64,000 nucleotides of DNA. Origin: Hyaloraphidium curvatum SAG 235-1. Lineage: Eukaryota; Fungi; Monoblepharomycota. Below, piece by piece: positions 61,824 through 64,000 of this stretch. Location: NCBI GenBank assembly GCA_025558095.1, contig JAIVFI010000044.1, positions 62,001 to 126,000 of the forward strand, written 5' to 3'. The notes under the pieces are model-generated. The model worked only from the letters and a program-made list of their open reading frames with translations. It was not told the origin of the DNA and searched no databases. The position numbers were made by a program, and so were the translations under genes. The first letter of the stretch is position 1; every line of letters begins with the position of its first letter.

Positions 61824-64000
61824 ATGCGGCAGCGGCTCCTGTTATGGATCATCCTGCTGATCATCGTGCAGATGCTGGACCGCCAGCCGGGCGGCCCCGC
61901 CGCGAGCCGCGCGCACTCGGCGAACCGCGGCGCGGGGGATACGCACGCCACCCCGGCAGGTGGGCACGGCCGCCGCGTGCTGAGCCTGAAGCGGCTGGCG
62001 GACGCGTACGCGAACGAATCGCGGCGGCTGGCTGAGCTGCCGTTCGCGGCGCCGGCGGAGAACGCGGCGGCGGCGGCGCGGTTCACGGCGTCGCTGCTCG
62101 ACGCCGCGCGGACGTTCGTTCCCCCGCCGGAGGAGGAAAAGGCTCAAACAAACAACACCGATGACGCCGACGCGCGCATCGCCGGCCTGTGGAAGGCCGC
62201 GTTCGGGGCCGCGCCGCCGCCGGAGCCCCCGCCGACCCTGGACCTGCCGGTGGTGCTGCCGCTCATCGAGCGCTCGCGGAACCGGACTGTTTCGCGGTTC
62301 CTGCCGCCGCGTATATACTACCGCAACCTGAGCTCCACGTTCACCGGGAAATGGACGTCGGTGCGGCTCTCGGAGCACTTTCCGGACCTGGGGAAGCCGA
62401 TCCAGCCGGCGTTTTTCCGCCGTCGGGGTGTTCCTCTCAATTCTTCTTCGAATGCAACGACAGGAGATGCTCGACAGAATGAATCGTCGGGTGGGCAGCA
62501 GTTGACGCAGCAGCTGAGCCCGAGGAACGCGTCGGCTATGGACGGGGAATCCGCAAACGGCACGGCGCCGCCAAACTCGACCGCCCTGTCGCCGTACGTG
62601 CCGAACCCGCTGGATGTTTTCAACGAGACTGCGGCATCGACGCGGCGGGGCACGGTCCTGGGCTCGCCGCAGCTGGGCTCGGGCTCGCTCTCGCTCACGC
62701 TGTTCGGGAACCAGACCATCACGGACGAGGTCGATTTCGTCAGCGCCCACCTCCTCCTCCGCACCGGCGACCGCTCGGCCTCGGGCGACCCCAAGCGCGA
62801 GGCCGCCTTCGTCGGCTACGGCGTGCACGTGCTCGAGGAAGGCGCCGTACGCTTCCTCCTCGTCCCCCCCGGGCGCGACCTCCCCCTCGAGGAGCTCCTC
62901 CGGCTCATGCCGACGCAGGGCACCTTTACCCGCGCGCGCAACGCCACGCGTCGCTTCCTGGAGGGCAAGGTGGCCCAGCTCCGGCGGCGGATCGAGGCCG
63001 AGGGCCCAGACGCCTACGAAATCTTCGACTCGGGGTCGCGCCCGTTCGCGTTCGGCGCGCCCATCGTGCCTCCCGACTGCAGCTTCCAGCTCCACCTGCA
63101 GCTCTCCCCCCTCGGCCACCCGCACACGGAGGAGGAGCTGCTCGAGTACACGGCGCAGATGCACGGGGGCACCTACGACGGCCGCGCGCTGCCGCACCTG
63201 CCCGCGCCGTCGGCGTCCATGTTCCTCTACTCCAGGGACTGCCTCCTGGCGCTGGAGGCGCCAATGACCAACGGCATGCTGCTCCCTGTGTTCTTCTCGC
63301 GGCTGAACGCGCTCGTCGTGGCCGTGTCGGTCGCGACGGCGGCCGAGATGGTCGGGATCGTGAGGCAGTTTGGGCACACGCAGACGCTGGGCAGGCTGGC
63401 CAAGGTCAGCCTGTGGATGCTGGGCGTCGGCGCGGCGTGGGACGCGATGCTAAGCGCCGTCGCGCTGATGGGAGCCATGGTTCTCGGTGGGTTTGCCTCG
63501 TGTTCCGCGGGTTCTCCTTGCTCACAACCCCTCCGTGCGACAGAACCCCTACTCATGCCCCTCCTGGCGCTCGCCTTTCTCAAACTCTCCTCCTGCGCCA
63601 TCTTCCAGGGCCGCTACATCCTCCTGGTGCTGCGCGCGCGCCACATCGACGTGACCCCGGCCGGGTTTCAGCGCGTCTACGTGCTCTGGGTGCTGGCTAT
63701 GGCCGTGGCCTGGGCCGTGGTTAGCCTGGGGGGATGGGTGTTTTGGACGCTGATCGTGGCATCGCTGGGGTCGATGATGCCAGGGCAGATCGTCATGTGG
63801 GTGGCTTTCGCTGTCGGCCCGATCGTTGAGCTGGACTGAAAGAGAGGGTGCTCCCACAGGAACGCCCGCCGCAACAACCGCAAAACCCTGGACCACGCCT
63901 ACATCGTCTCCACGATCGTCTCCAAGTTCTTCCTGCCCATCTATTACCTCGGCTGCCCCGGCAACGTCGTCGTCCCCGACGCCGGCGACACCCTCCCCTT
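61824..64000 (+). CDS. TUL1: Transmembrane Golgi E3 ubiquitin ligase Tul1/Dsc1-like; 3' end (RING) lies beyond the window
   Basis: Signal anchor; YYRNLSSTFTGKW, GVH...G, DCSFQLHLQL, LYSRDC, RQ..HT.T...LAKVSLW....WDA, then multiple TMs and MPGQIV.NAR. Confidence 0.82.

Overview
This is eukaryotic DNA: a GC-rich, very gene-dense fungal window with many short spliceosomal introns (mostly 50-80 nt). The gene set (Skn7-type HSF-receiver regulator, ALG3, UFD4/TRIP12, Jjj1, Tul1, Aro8-like aminotransferase) plus several bacterial-type genes suggests an early-diverging, chytrid-like fungus; a Monoblepharidomycete such as Hyaloraphidium is a guess, not something the sequence proves. I reconstructed about 27 genes by hand-splicing; most of the supplied ORF track is antisense or frame-shifted noise. 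Highlights: (1) two distant paralogues (2416-3914 and 50424-52388) of an unnamed 7-TM family with the architecture of insect gustatory/odorant receptor-like ion channels (7TMIC), sharing a CPCxxxGC motif and an identically placed intron; (2) an atypical dominant 5' splice site, GTGGG(T), plus several GC-AG introns and micro-exons; (3) an intron-containing MscL channel with a C-terminal zinc ribbon; (4) a large secreted adhesin-like protein built from bacterial SdrD-B-like domains and mucin repeats; (5) a decayed ALG3 copy beyond an ABCG gene whose signature motif is mutated; (6) a CpG-depleted low-GC island carrying a BED-like finger; (7) a 4x TACGTGGC cluster upstream of a chromate transporter. 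No rRNA, tRNA or CRISPR array was recognised. Exon boundaries are manual predictions with no RNA or database support.
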